DNA of 64,000 nucleotides from Octopus bimaculoides (GCF_001194135.2 NC_068987.1:104523406-104587405), one strand, 5' to 3'; counted from the first letter of the stretch, positions 26,026 to 38,900 are shown. Notes: generated from the sequence alone by a model not told the origin. Translations and numbers: made by a program.

Positions 26026-26805
26026 TTTGTTGATGGAGATTGCACATCGAGGTACATATAATACCATGTTTATTACATGACATAATTATTGCATATAATG
26101 TGTATAAAAAGAAATCGCCATGTGCTTGCATTTTACACAAAGCTTACAAAGTCATCGAGTTGCGCTCATAAAGTTACATATATACAATGCGTTCTTATTT
26201 ATATTAGTATTTATAGCTAAAAATATAATAAAGATGATATAAAACTACCATTGCGTGTCCGCCAGTATGTGTTTATATACATGCAAACAATAATAACGAT
26301 TTATTTTTTAGTCTATTTATTTATTGATATATTTATTTTATTTATATTATTTATTTTGTTATTTGTTCATAAGTTAATGCCAATCCCATTTAGTTGCTAG
26401 AGTTACTTCCCTTCGAGTGCAGCGTAAAACTCTAGAAAAAGCAAGAAGTAAGGGGAGGATAACTTTGATAAACTTCGCTGGCAAAGCGTGTGAATGACGT
26501 CACTAAAACAATGATACAACGCAAATGATATCAAATTCATAAAGTGAAGACTATTTAGCAACCGTAAAACATTATTTGTTCCTATTAGAATAAATTTCCA
26601 GAGCATATTAAAACTAGTTTCAAAAGCTTACAAGGAATAGAATCCTTGTTTCCAAGAATTACTCAGCAATCAATAAAATCACTCAGTTCACAGAGGCGAC
26701 AAAAAGATTAAACAACGTACACATTTAGCAGTTCGTCATATCTAATCTTTTTCCTGCTCTTTCTTCCCTTTGTTTTCGCTTTATTTCTGTTTCTTATATC
26801 TTTTA

Positions 26806-27191
26806 GCTTTTACTTGTTTCACTCATTAGACTACGGCCATGCTGGAGCACTGCCTTGAAAAATTTTAGGAGAACGAATCGACCCCAGAACTGATTTTATT
26901 TAAAAACTTAATACTTATTCTATTCGTATCTTTTGCCGAACCGCTAGTTGTAAACACATCAATACCGATTGTCAGGCGGTGGTGTAAGACATAAAAACAC
27001 ACATACACACACACACACATATATATATGCGACGGGCCTCTTCAGTTTCCGTCTACGAAATCCACTTAGAAGAATTTGGTCAGCCCAGGGTTACACTAGA
27101 AGACACTTGCTCGAGGTGCCACGTAGTGGGACTGAACCCAGAACCATGTGGTTGGGAAACAAGCTTCTTATCACATACCCACGCCTGCGCC
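26806..27191 (-). mobile_element. tRNA-derived SINE, family B
   Basis: Full-length match to the other family B copies. Confidence 0.85.
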
Positions 27192-27461
27192 TATATCATA
27201 TACTTTTTTTTCTATCAGTCTGTTATGGTTTGCCAGCATTACGCGACGGGGTTAAATTGGTTTAATTAATTAATTAATTAATTAGTTAATTAATTAATAA
27301 CGTCATGTTTTACTTCTTTACAGACGCCTGCACGTACATACATATCATATATACTCACGTATTTCAATAGAATTGTTCAAATAATGCCGGAAACGATAGA
27401 ACAAAGTACCAGTCAAATACTGGGAACAATAAAATCGACTGGTGTTGATCCCTAAATTCCC

Positions 27462-27582
27462 TGTCATCGTCGTCGTCGTCATCACCGTCGTCGTCATCCT
27501 CGTAGTCGTCGTCGTAGTCGTCGTCATCCTCTTCGTCGTCATCGTTGTCATCATCATTATCATCATCATCAGAAACAGCAGC

Positions 27583-27644
<62 letters not shown>

Positions 27645-27650
27645 CAGCAA
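27462..27650. repeat. Compound (GTC)/(ATC)/(GTA)n trinucleotide array
   Basis: Direct reading of the sequence. Confidence 0.9.
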
Positions 27651-28208
27651 CAGTAAAGGCAGACAGCAATGGCGATAACTTTAAAAGCGTTTCAGTAAAC
27701 TAAATAAACACTGGTGAATTAAATTCTATCTGGAAAGAATTTTCCGAATGTATGCGACCAAATATATATAGTTTTTATTTTTTTATTTAATCACCATCCT
27801 GTAGAATCAGAACCATAATCAACGATGTTTCATCCCAGGCCTTCCAATTATATTTCAAACATATTCCAAGTTGGACCACATAATCCCAAATTGCCTTCGT
27901 TTATATGATGGTAGGATATCGATTGAGGAATGTTCAGTTACTATTTTTCGCAGATCGAATAGATACAAAGAAATCCCTTGTAGGGTCATCTATTTGGGAA
28001 GGGTGTCCGTAAGCACTTGACTTGATAGAACCCTGAATCGTGGTTGTACCCTATATTATTATTCATCACTCTTATACAAAGCAAATAAATGCATACATAT
28101 ATACATGTGTGTGTGTTTGTCTGCGAATGAATATATATATATACATACACACACACATACATACATACATACATACATACATACATACATACATACATAC
28201 ATACATAC

Positions 28209-28353
28209 ATGATGATAGCCGTCCACTCGTGACCAAGGAAGACCATTGCCGACCTTCAGGAAAATTGTGCGCTCTAGGATTAACTTATATTTTGCATTTG
28301 CGGCTCCGTTGGTGGCTGATGAGCCCTGCTCTTGACAAGCATATACGACTGCA
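28209..28353 (-). mobile_element. 3' end of an RTE-clade LINE
   Basis: Minus strand 28353-28285 encodes CSRICLSRAGLISHQRSRKCKI*, matching the RTE C-terminal C..SRxGLxSHxR motif. Short 3' UTR ends in ATCATC then (ATGT)n. Confidence 0.7.
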
Positions 28354-28769
28354 CATACATACATATATACGTATGTGTGTGTGTGTGTGTGTGTGTTAAG
28401 AAAAAAGAAAATGAGCTTGAACTTGGTATTCCTTTATTTTATCAGTTACCTCTTTCAGTATTCAATAGTAAATAGTGTCACTTTGAATGCAATCCTTAGA
28501 TCCACCTTAGAAGTGCAGAATGCACAATCAATCAGGTATTTCTTGTCTGTCTCAAGAAGCGTTTGGAGTGATTATGCATGCTGTACTTCTAACTGTTGTC
28601 TAAGGATTAAATTTATAGTGTCGAATACTGTGTTATCGAATACTGAAACACATGTAACAGATGAAAAAAAAACGTGTGCATGTGTGTGTGTTTGTGTACG
28701 TGTGTATTTGTGCATGTATGTATGCAAATACAACGCACACACGCGCACGCACACCCTCACTCACGCACT

Positions 28770-28807
<38 letters not shown>

Positions 28808-28815
28808 TATATATA

Positions 28816-28858
<43 letters not shown>

Positions 28859-29712
28859 NNNNNNNNNNNNNNNNNNNNNNNNNNNNNNNNNNNNNNNNNN
28901 NNNNNNNNNNNNNNNNNNNNNNNNNNNNNNNNNNNNNNNNNNNNNNNNNNNNNNNNNNNNNNNNNNNNNNNNNNNNNNNNNNNNNNNNNNNNNNNNNNNN
29001 NNNNNNNNNNNNNNNNNNNNNNNNNNNNNNNNNNNNNNNNNNNNNNNNNNNNNNNNNNNNNNNNNNNNNNNNNNNNNNNNNNNNNNNNNNNNNNNNNNNN
29101 NNNNNNNNNNNNNNNNNNNNNNNNNNNNNNNNNNNNNNNNNNNNNNNNNNNNNNNNNNNNNNNNNNNNNNNNNNNNNNNNNNNNNNNNNNNNNNNNNNNN
29201 NNNNNNNNNNNNNNNNNNNNNNNNNNNNNNNNNNNNNNNNNNNNNNNNNNNNNNNNNNNNNNNNNNNNNNNNNNNNNNNNNNNNNNNNNNNNNNNNNNNN
29301 NNNNNNNNNNNNNNNNNNNNNNNNNNNNNNNNNNNNNNNNNNNNNNNNNNNNNNNNNNNNNNNNNNNNNNNNNNNNNNNNNNNNNNNNNNNNNNNNNNNN
29401 NNNNNNNNNNNNNNNNNNNNNNNNNNNNNNNNNNNNNNNNNNNNNNNNNNNNNNNNNNNNNNNNNNNNNNNNNNNNNNNNNNNNNNNNNNNNNNNNNNNN
29501 NNNNNNNNNNNNNNNNNNNNNNNNNNNNNNNNNNNNNNNNNNNNNNNNNNNNNNNNNNNNNNNNNNNNNNNNNNNNNNNNNNNNNNNNNNNNNNNNNNNN
29601 NNNNNNNNNNNNNNNNNNNNNNNNNNNNNNNNNNNNNNNNNNNNNNNNNNNNNNNNNNNNNNNNNNNNNNNNNNNNNNNNNNNNNNNNNNNNNNNNNNNN
29701 NNNNNNNNNNNN

Positions 29713-30084
29713 TATATATTTGTTTCACTGTTTCGTCTTCCTTGTCGTGTTTTCTGTTTGCTACTTAATTCTTCAGCATCTTTGCGGGAAGAGCTATTCT
29801 AACAATGCGTCCTGCCCTAACTCTTCGAAACGCTTAGTTTAGAATAGGGGCAGCTGATGAAGGAAATGTTCTCTATGTGGCTTGTCTGTTTTCCTGTGTG
29901 TTCCTACCGTTGTCCGAAAAGAAATTTGTTTTCAGTGCTCTGTTTATGTTCTCGTGTTTCATTTTGTCCACGTTCTTTTGTGACGTCCTGTACCCAGATA
30001 TGCATCTATATACACATGTAGATGTAGGTATGTACATACATGTACGTATATATGCATATACTCACATATTACTTGTATTATATA
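29713..30084 (+). mobile_element. Dispersed repeat with hammerhead core motifs; its 3' part recurs inverted at 31105-31270
   Basis: Contains GCGTC, GAAACGC and GGGCAG-CTGATGA. 'tgtacccagatatgca...gtacgtatatatgcatatactca' is present again as a reverse complement at 31125-31200. Confidence 0.55.
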
Positions 30085-30300
30085 NNNNNNNNNNNNNNNN
30101 NNNNNNNNNNNNNNNNNNNNNNNNNNNNNNNNNNNNNNNNNNNNNNNNNNNNNNNNNNNNNNNNNNNNNNNNNNNNNNNNNNNNNNNNNNNNNNNNNNNN
30201 NNNNNNNNNNNNNNNNNNNNNNNNNNNNNNNNNNNNNNNNNNNNNNNNNNNNNNNNNNNNNNNNNNNNNNNNNNNNNNNATATATATATATATATATATA

Positions 30301-30540
30301 CAGTAATCCCTCGACTATTACGGGCGTTACGTTCCAAAACACCCCGCGATAGGTGAAAATCTGCGAATTAGAAACAATACTGTACTGTATATTTATTATT
30401 ATAATTATCTTTATAATTTGTATACATTTAGCTAATTATAAATGCAAAACAACACCCCGGAGGAATCGACGTAAGCTTAAATAATAAACCCCGATAGGTG
30501 AACCGCGATAGGTGAACCTCAATATAGCGAGGAATTACTC
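30301..30540 (+). mobile_element. Tc1/mariner-pogo type MITE (~240 bp)
   Basis: Imperfect TIRs CAGTAATCCC...GGAATTACTC after (TA)n, with subterminal 'cgcgataggtgaa' repeats. Confidence 0.8.
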
Positions 30541-30568
30541 TCTTTCTCTCTCTCTCTATATATATATA

Positions 30569-30811
30569 CAGTAATCCATCGCCATATCGCAGTTCACCTA
30601 TCACGGTTCACCTATCGCGGTACACATATCACGGCTTATTATTTAAGCTGACGCCGATTCATCCGTACTGTTGTTTTGCATTTATAATAGAACAAATACA
30701 TCCAAATTATAAAAATGATAAAAAAGATATAGTACTGTTTCTACTTCGCAGATTTTCACCTCTCGCGCGAGGTTTTGGAACGTAACACTCGCGATAGTTG
30801 AAGGATTACTG
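30569..30811 (-). mobile_element. Second copy of the same MITE in opposite orientation
   Basis: TA|CAGTAATCC...GGATTACTG|TA. The reverse complement aligns with 30301-30540 along its whole length. Confidence 0.85.
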
Positions 30812-30813
30812 TA

Positions 30814-31052
30814 TACGTGGTCTGATCAATAAGTATCCGGACTGTTGCCATAGTAACGACTCTAAAGCACGCAGAGTGAAGCCGCTTAGCACAGATTGAC
30901 CATGAATGATGCTGTGCATGTGCCCTAAGTTTTAGCGTTCTACTTCACGTCCGCCGTTTACAGCAGTGCTTGGAAGGAACGTGTGTAGCGCGTGATCGTC
31001 GCATTGACCATGACAGGGAAAGTTGAGCAGAGAATCTGCATCAAATTTTGCC
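30814..31052 (+). mobile_element. Mariner element 5' end (TIR, 5' UTR and first 14 transposase codons)
   Basis: Starts TACGTGGTCTGATCAATAAGTATCCGGAC. ATG at 31010 gives MTGKVEQRICIKFC, the EQRxxIKFC N-terminal motif of mariner transposases. Confidence 0.8.
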
Positions 31053-31707
31053 TGTGCCTATACATATGTATATATATATGTATATATATGTGTATATATA
31101 TATATATATAAAACAAATAATAAATGAGTATATGCATATATACGTACAAGTATGTGCATACCTACATCTACCTGTATATATAGGTGCATATCTGGGTACA
31201 GCACGTTGCAAACAAAACGTAGACAAAAAAATAATAATAACCAGAGTACAGAAAACACACAGGCCACGTATATATATATATATATATATATATATNNNNN
31301 NNNNNNNNNNNNNNNNNNNNNNNNNNNNNNNNNNNNNNNNNNNNNNNNNNNNNNNNNNNNNNNNNNNNNNNNNNNNNNNNNNNNNNNNNNNNNNNNNNNN
31401 NNNNNNNNNNNNNNNNNNNNNNNNNNNNNNNNNNNNNNNNNNNNNNNNNNNNNNNNNNNNNNNNNNNNNNNNNNNNNNNNNNNNNNNNNNNNNNNNNNNN
31501 NNNNNNNNNNNNNNNNNNNNNNNNNNNNNNNNNNNNNNNNNNNNNNNNNNNNNNNNNNNNNNNNNNNNNNNNNNNNNNNNNNNNNNNNNNNNNNNNNNNN
31601 NNNNNNNNNNNNNNNNNNNNNNNNNNNNNNNNNNNNNNNNNNNNNNNNNNNNNNNNNNNNNNNNNNNNNNNNNNNNNNNNNNNNNNNNNNNNNNNNNNNN
31701 NNNNNNN

Positions 31708-31790
31708 GCTCATGGAAACAAGGCGGCACCGGGTGTCGAACTCATGGTCGTGCCATCATGTCCCAAATACGCTACCCACTAAGCCCACGC
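31708..31790 (-). mobile_element. tRNA-like SINE head (remainder in gap)
   Basis: Minus strand: A-box 'tgggcttagtgg', B-box 'gagttcgacacc', then the start of a CORE-like 'tttccatgagc'. Confidence 0.55.
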
Positions 31791-31842
31791 ATCTATATGT
31801 GTGCGTGTGCGCGTGTGTGTGTGTACCTAGAGAGTGGGTTGC

Positions 31843-31891
<49 letters not shown>

Positions 31892-32219
31892 CACACGAAT
31901 ATATATAGACAGATATATAGAAAGACAAACACACAGACAGAATAAAGCTTTATAGAGTCAGTCTCGAGCCTACAAGCTCATATGGCCGGACTTGTACTTG
32001 GAAGGACCTCAAATAAGTTGTAAGGATCGTCGACAACACTTGGTACTCTTTTCCAATGACTATAGACGCAGATCTAAGTCCTTAGATCTAAGGGTCAGCC
32101 TAACACATTCATGACATGGCTTTCGGTACCGAACAGCGGTATTTCATCTCCTGTTGCTCCAGTCTACTCAGCTAATACGTATTGTACCTACCTACCTACC
32201 TACCTACCTACCTACCTAC

Positions 32220-32273
<54 letters not shown>

Positions 32274-33290
32274 GTCTGTCTATCTGTCTATCTTAATATA
32301 TATNNNNNNNNNNNNNNNNNNNNNNNNNNNNNNNNNNNNNNNNNNNNNNNNNNNNNNNNNNNNNNNNNNNNNNNNNNNNNNNNNNNNNNNNNNNNNNNNN
32401 NNNNNNNNNNNNNNNNNNNNNNNNNNNNNNNNNNNNNNNNNNNNNNNNNNNNNNNNNNNNNNNNNNNNNNNNNNNNNNNNNNNNNNNNNNNNNNNNNNNN
32501 NNNNNNNNNNNNNNNNNNNNNNNNNNNNNNNNNNNNNNNNNNNNNNNNNNNNNNNNNNNNNNNNNNNNNNNNNNNNNNNNNNNNNNNNNNNNNNNNNNNN
32601 NNNNNNNNNNNNNNNNNNNNNNNNNNNNNNNNNNNNNNNNNNNNNNNNNNNNNNNNNNNNNNNNNNNNNNNNNNNNNNNNNNNNNNNNNNNNNNNNNNNN
32701 NNNNNNNNNNNNNNNNNNNNNNNNNNNNNNNNNNNNNNNNNNNNNNNNNNNNNNNNNNNNNNNNNNNNNNNNNNNNNNNNNNNNNNNNNNNNNNNNNNNN
32801 NNNNNNNNNNNNNNNNNNNNNNNNNNNNNNNNNNNNNNNNNNNNNNNNNNNNNNNNNNNNNNNNNNNNNNNNNNNNNNNNNNNNNNNNNNNNNNNNNNNN
32901 NNNNNNNNNNNNNNNNNNNNNNNNNNNNNNNNNNNNNNNNNNNNNNNNNNNNNNNNNNNNNNNNNNNNNNNNNNNNNNNNNNNNNNNNNNNNNNNNNNNN
33001 NNNNNNNNNNNNNNNNNNNNNNNNNNNNNNNNNNNNNNNNNNNNNNNNNNNNNNNNNNNNNNNNNNNNNNNNNNNNNNNNNNNNNNNNNNNNNNNNNNNN
33101 NNNNNNNNNNNNNNNNNNNNNNNNNNNNNNNNNNNNNNNNNNNNNNNNNNNNNNNNNNNNNNNNNNNNNNNNNNNNNNNNNNNNNNNNNNNNNNNNNNNN
33201 NNNNNNNNNNNNNNNNNNNNNNNNNNNNNNNNNNNNNNNNNNNNNNNNNNNNNNNNNNNNNNNNNNNNNNNNNNNNNNNNNNNNNNNNNN

Positions 33291-33359
<69 letters not shown>

Positions 33360-33929
33360 ATGGGAAGGAGTGACAAAGAGAAAAGGTATTGCTTTGTATA
33401 GCTTTGGTCAAAGCAGCAAATGCTGGGATTGACCTCATTTATTATTTATGAACCTGTAATCACAAATTAATCACACATATGTTGATGTAAATTTCGTATC
33501 TTGAAATATTCATATTGTATTCACAGGTCATGCGCGCATATATATTACCTTTACAAGTGTACACATTTAATCAACCTTACAGAGATACTAAATTAAATTA
33601 TAATTTCAGGATATATCACCACTGTACGCTCAAACGTGTGTGAGCGCGCGTGTGTGTTAGTACATGTGTGTGCGTGTGTGTGTGTGTGTATGCAAGGGAG
33701 AAAGAGAGAGAGAGAGAGAGAGAGGGTATGGTGGAGAAGGGAGTGCTTGAGAGGGCGGAGAGAAATAGGTTGTTGCACAATAACATAGGCAGTCACTGAG
33801 ACCATGTTACACCTGGAAAGGTACGCCTTCGCTATTCACGAACAGAGGATGGCAAGCAACTTCCTGATTGAAAAAGTAATAAAGTCAAAAAAAAATGCGA
33901 TAGAGAATACAGGTTGAGTCTGTTGTTAT

Positions 33930-34205
33930 TCACATGGCTTTAACTGATTATCCGTTATACAAAGTTGATAAGTAATTGTATGGAAGAGAAAAGTGTCTCC
34001 AAACCGGGAAAGTTATTTATGTGGGCAACCAAAATATTATCTGTGCGATTGCTCGACCTGCTATAGAGAGAAGCCAAACCCTTCTTAAAATATTTCCTTT
34101 CTGTCTTTAAAATAGGGAATGATGTAATATATAAGGTTAATATGAAGGCGTTTGCGACCGGAAATCTTGCGATTATAGGTGTTCTCGAAAAGGACTGACA
34201 TGAAG
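33930..34205 (+). mobile_element. Family D dispersed repeat
   Basis: Shares the 'gctcgacctgcta...agccaaa' core with 61520-61720 and 950-1110. Confidence 0.5.
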
Positions 34206-35467
34206 CTTTTGTAGCTTGATTGCACGAATTTCCTCAAAACGTATTATCGATACATTGTAAAATGCCTCAACTTACGAAGCCCCATCGAGGGAGAGAAAGT
34301 TTGTGTATAGGTGTATTTGTGCATATTGGTAGATTATAAGTGAGTAAATTTCGAGTGTTTGTACAGGACTATATAAAGTGACAAATATACATGGCACGGC
34401 TCATTAGAACCATGTGCTAACATTCTTTAAGGGTGTAGTGTTCTGTTGCTGCAACAGCAATGGAACAAATAGCTATCTTGATTACTTTGTTACATAATTT
34501 ATACTTATCATAAACTAATAACCGTTTTTCAGTCATTATGATGGCCCTTATTGCACTAAGCTGAGTAAAATAAAATAAGATAATACAAACTGAAAGGAAA
34601 TAAAATAACAACGCTCACTTGAAAATAACAGCACGTTCAGAAGACCGAGGCACGTGGAGAGAGCGGTCTGTTGACAGACAGTTCAGTAAACCACTTTCTA
34701 TGGTGCACGTTATATTCCTTTGGATAGGAAGCCAGATATTTGTAGCGTGACCCAATTAAATGTTTTAGAACAGATGTTTTGAGAATAGTTTTGATGATTT
34801 TTTCGATTTACCCTCGTTTATAACGTATTCATACAGTCCAGTGTCTTTAAAAAAGAACATTCTTTAGTTCGCGTATTCAATACGCTTCATTGTTGGATTC
34901 CTCAATTGTCTCCTACATAGTATTTCAGTGGCCATTCTTTTTACTACGACCTTAATACTCGCTTTACAATACTCACTACGACAATGCATTTGGCGGCATT
35001 GGCAAAATAATGTATTTAATGTTCCTCGTTTGTATGTTACTGGTTTCTGTATGAGAGAATAACGAGGATATTCTAACGTTTATACATTTCCCAGCAGGGT
35101 TAGGTGTGTTAATGAAAGGAAATAGTGCCAACTGATTTTTGAAGCCATGTGGCAGACAAGGCTTACTGGTAATTTACTTCCTTTTCTACAACACTTGTTA
35201 CTTCCTTTATATGCCATAAATATATTTCAGTTTTTCGGATATAACAAAAGAACACTTTTTACTTTATGAATTATAGAAAATAATTTTTTAACTTGAAATC
35301 TCTTTGAACATTAGTGGACGTCTTCTCCCAAAGTACCTATATAGTATCTATATACTACCAATATAGCACCTGATGTAGTACTTTTATAGTACACAAAAAC
35401 AATGACAAAACAGAAAGTGTGACATGGTTACTGAAAGCACAATAAAGACTATAGCATTAAATGAACT

Positions 35468-35935
35468 AAAGGCGGCACGCCGGATTTCTTCCGTTCTGAG
35501 TTCAAGTGTTGCCGAGGTCGACTTTGCCTTTCATTCTTCCGGGGGTCGATAAATTAAGTACTAGTTGCGTACTTGGGTCGATCTAATCGACTGGCCCTCT
35601 CCCCCAAAATTTCGGGCCTGGTGCCTAGAGTAGCAAAGAATATTTAAAGGCGGCGAGCTGGCAGAAACGTTAGCACGCCGTTTGTCCTTGCTTGTCCCCT
35701 CTATGTTTAGCCCCTTGTGGGCAATAAAGAAATAAGAATAGTTAGCACGCCGGGCGAAATGCTTAGCGGTATTTCGTCTGTCTTTACGTTCTGAGTTCAA
35801 ATTCCGCCGAGGTCGACTTTGCCTTTCATTCTTCCGGGGGTCGATAAATTAAGTACTAGTTGCGTACTGGGGTCGATCTAATCGACTGGCCCTCTCCCCC
35901 CAAATTTCGGGCCCGGTGCCTAGAGTAGAAAAGAG
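35468..35935 (+). mobile_element. Tandem pair of family A SINEs; the second is interrupted by a 61-bp SINE 3' end with an 11-bp TSD
   Basis: Copy 1 at 35468-35640, copy 2 at 35647-35935. GTTAGCACGCC is duplicated at 35669-35679 and 35741-35751 around the insert 35680-35740. Confidence 0.85.
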
Positions 35936-38900
35936 TATAATCCACTTACAGTGTTTATGCCTATAGTAGAAAGAAATATTGGACTGAAGAGCACTGACAT
36001 ACATATTGCGTCTCCCCTTGAAGACCGTTATCCAAAAGGTATGGACAAATAAAGAGAATTAGTAAGTTATAGTAATGGTAGCGGTTTGGGGAAATTAGGA
36101 TCATCATAACAAAATGGAAGGAAAAATCAGATTTTGAAGAAATTTTCATAATGTTAAACATCAAGTAGGTTTCCCAGCATTCTAGAATGGTAAACTAATG
36201 GTTAAGAATAAATACTTTGACGGTCAATGTAAATGATGGAACCTTGGTAAATGCTTTTCACGGGTTTTGATAGAATTTCTGAATAAAGGCAAAATTCGTT
36301 CTAATTTTGATATTTTGGATCACAAAAAAAAGACATTTTTCGGTTGTGGAAGTTACATAACGCCCTGATGTTGATATTGTTAAACTTTATGAATATGGAA
36401 GAGTTTGCGATTCACAGTAGCTCTATTATTTTAGGTAAACGATAACTTTTTGTAACCATCTTTACTGCAGAAAATTCCAGCGCATGAGGCGTTAGTTTGA
36501 CTTTTGCTGTATAATGTGCAAAATAAGTGACAAAATTGATTGTTCGAGCTAAAACACTAGTCTACCTTTTGCTTTTTCACACACATACACACAAAAAAAA
36601 ACATTTCCTTTCTCATAGTTTGACTATCACCCAAAGAAAGCTAGTTTTTTCTATAAAGATTTAATAAGATTACTTTTGACAAAGTCCACAATCGAAATTC
36701 TTTTGGAAACGTGACATAATTGACTTATTTGACTCCAGTATATTTCTGATGTCTACTTTGCCGACCACGAATTACGCAAACCTATGTTGACACCGACACA
36801 ATTAAACTTCTCAACTGCTGGAAAGAAATTTAGTCCAGTAAAGCTGCAGCTGTACAGACCGTGAACTCTTAAGTGAATGAAAAACTTAAGAAGCCAGAGA
36901 TTTCAAAAGGCTGCTTTGCAGTTTTAAGGAGGACAGCAGAGAAAAGAGATGCCGGGGAATGGAGTAGATTCTTGAGAATGTAGTATGCACTCAGAAAGTT
37001 CAAAAGAAATCATTATAATAAGTCCATGAAAGATATAGAGATGGAAATCAACTGGGGTAAGAAGGGTGAATAGACTTGTTAATTTATCAACGAGCTGATC
37101 TCTTATTTGGGATGCGATCTAGAATGCATATATGAGTATGTTGGATGTAAAGCCCCCCCCCCTGGTGTATAAGCTGTCTGCAGATGAAGTAGAAAAAAAA
37201 AAGGAAACTAATATTTCTTATTTCATTTTACTTATGCAGTGGAGTGTGTATTTTCAGTTTAGTGGTCATCATACATAATAAAATTTAACAATTTTAGAGA
37301 GTAGTTTGTGTGGTAAAGGTGCTGTGCTTCGGAGACATTTTTGCAACATGTGAAGCGTCAATATTTTAATACATCTGAAGGTAACTTGAAAGGCATATTC
37401 TTGTTGCAAATTCCTCCTTAAGTTGCGCTTAGGGAAATGTATGTGCTTTATGAGGTGTACTGAGGTTGCATATGGAGGAGACCTATGTATCAAAGAAGAG
37501 TAAAGATGACATTTTAGAACTGAATATATATGGGTGTTAAAAGTCGAGAAAAGAGTAGAAATATAAACAAGCTTCAACATTTATAGATTTGAAGTTTGAA
37601 TAAGCCCTCCCAACTTCTGCAGTAGCATAGCAGGCAAAAAGCTCCTACGAAGCCTGTGAGCTTATTGATCAGCGGAGCTCGTAGTCAGACAACTTTTGTA
37701 GAAGGTTTATATATGATACAATATTGAAAACTTAGTCGATATCAAGATTAAGAATTTCGATATCATAGGGGGTTTGAGGCCCGTTTATGACATAAGAAGA
37801 ATAGTTTCCAATAGATAAGATTCTCTAAATATCATACGAGTGATCTCTAAGAAAGGAAATAGATTCTAGGTAGGTGAGAAAAGTGGTACTCATTTATAAT
37901 TGAGTCCATTAACACATATATTAGTTTTACTGAGGATTACTATTCGATGATTGATTTCGAAGAGATTGATCACAGTATGCGAATGCCTCTACACAAGAAG
38001 GTGGTTTCACCAGAACAGATATAGTAAATATAAATTTTTAAATGCATGTGTGTTTGTTTATGCGTTCAGATTTTGGTTTGTGTCTATAGTTATGTATAGA
38101 GATGAAATCACTAAATGTTTAAAGTAAAACAACTTATTGACATGAGCTGATACTTTGCAGCCTTTGCCCCCATGAGCTTGTATCAAAATCCCTTAATCCT
38201 ATCTTCCACAGCTTATCTTTCTAGAGTTTATTTCAGAAATAATTAATTAATGTATATATATTATCGTCCTGCCATTCCTTATTCACTATTTATTTTCTTC
38301 ATGTACATAGACTGCAAAATAGAACGTTTGGTAATTTTGAACGTACTTTGCTTGGTACGTCAGTTTGCTTGGGTATTTGTATATATACAAATATTCACTA
38401 ACTTTAAAGACATTTGTTTTTCCTTGTTAGTCGTCAAATAATTTAAAACCATTACAATGTGTCAATATTTCGTGCTTGTAGGAATTATATATCAGTAACT
38501 ATTGTGCTTTCATAGTCAAACACGCTGCGTACTTTTGGAATTAATTTAAAATAAATAAGCTAGCGTTTTTGTATTATAAGTCTAAAATCTGTTGCGTCAA
38601 ATTTAATTTGGTTTCATTTTAGATGGTTCATTCATCAATTACATAATAGTTGAGATGGTTAAAGTATGTAGACAATATGTATTTAAGCAAGGCATCCGGC
38701 GCTTCTGCCATTTTCTTCCTGTCTGCAAATGCGTAGAAAAGTGATTTTTTTCTATAGTAGGTTGCCACGTGTATGTTGAACGATGACTATTTCTGTTGAT
38801 TCATTCTATCAACGACATATTCACCGACGAGGGTATTAATTTCATCAAGTGTGCCAATTACTCCGAAAAATGATTGTTTCAACCAGTTCTAAAATATGCA

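Noticed and set aside
24460-26080. ORFs of 400-535 aa, and similar long ORFs at 28661, 32154, 44611, 50218, 51409 and 60600
   Set aside because: They are composed of N runs and microsatellite translations.
37269-37580. 103-aa minus-strand ORF with a faint RT-like PHKLLSK
   Set aside because: Only one short motif; the flanking RT motifs are absent.
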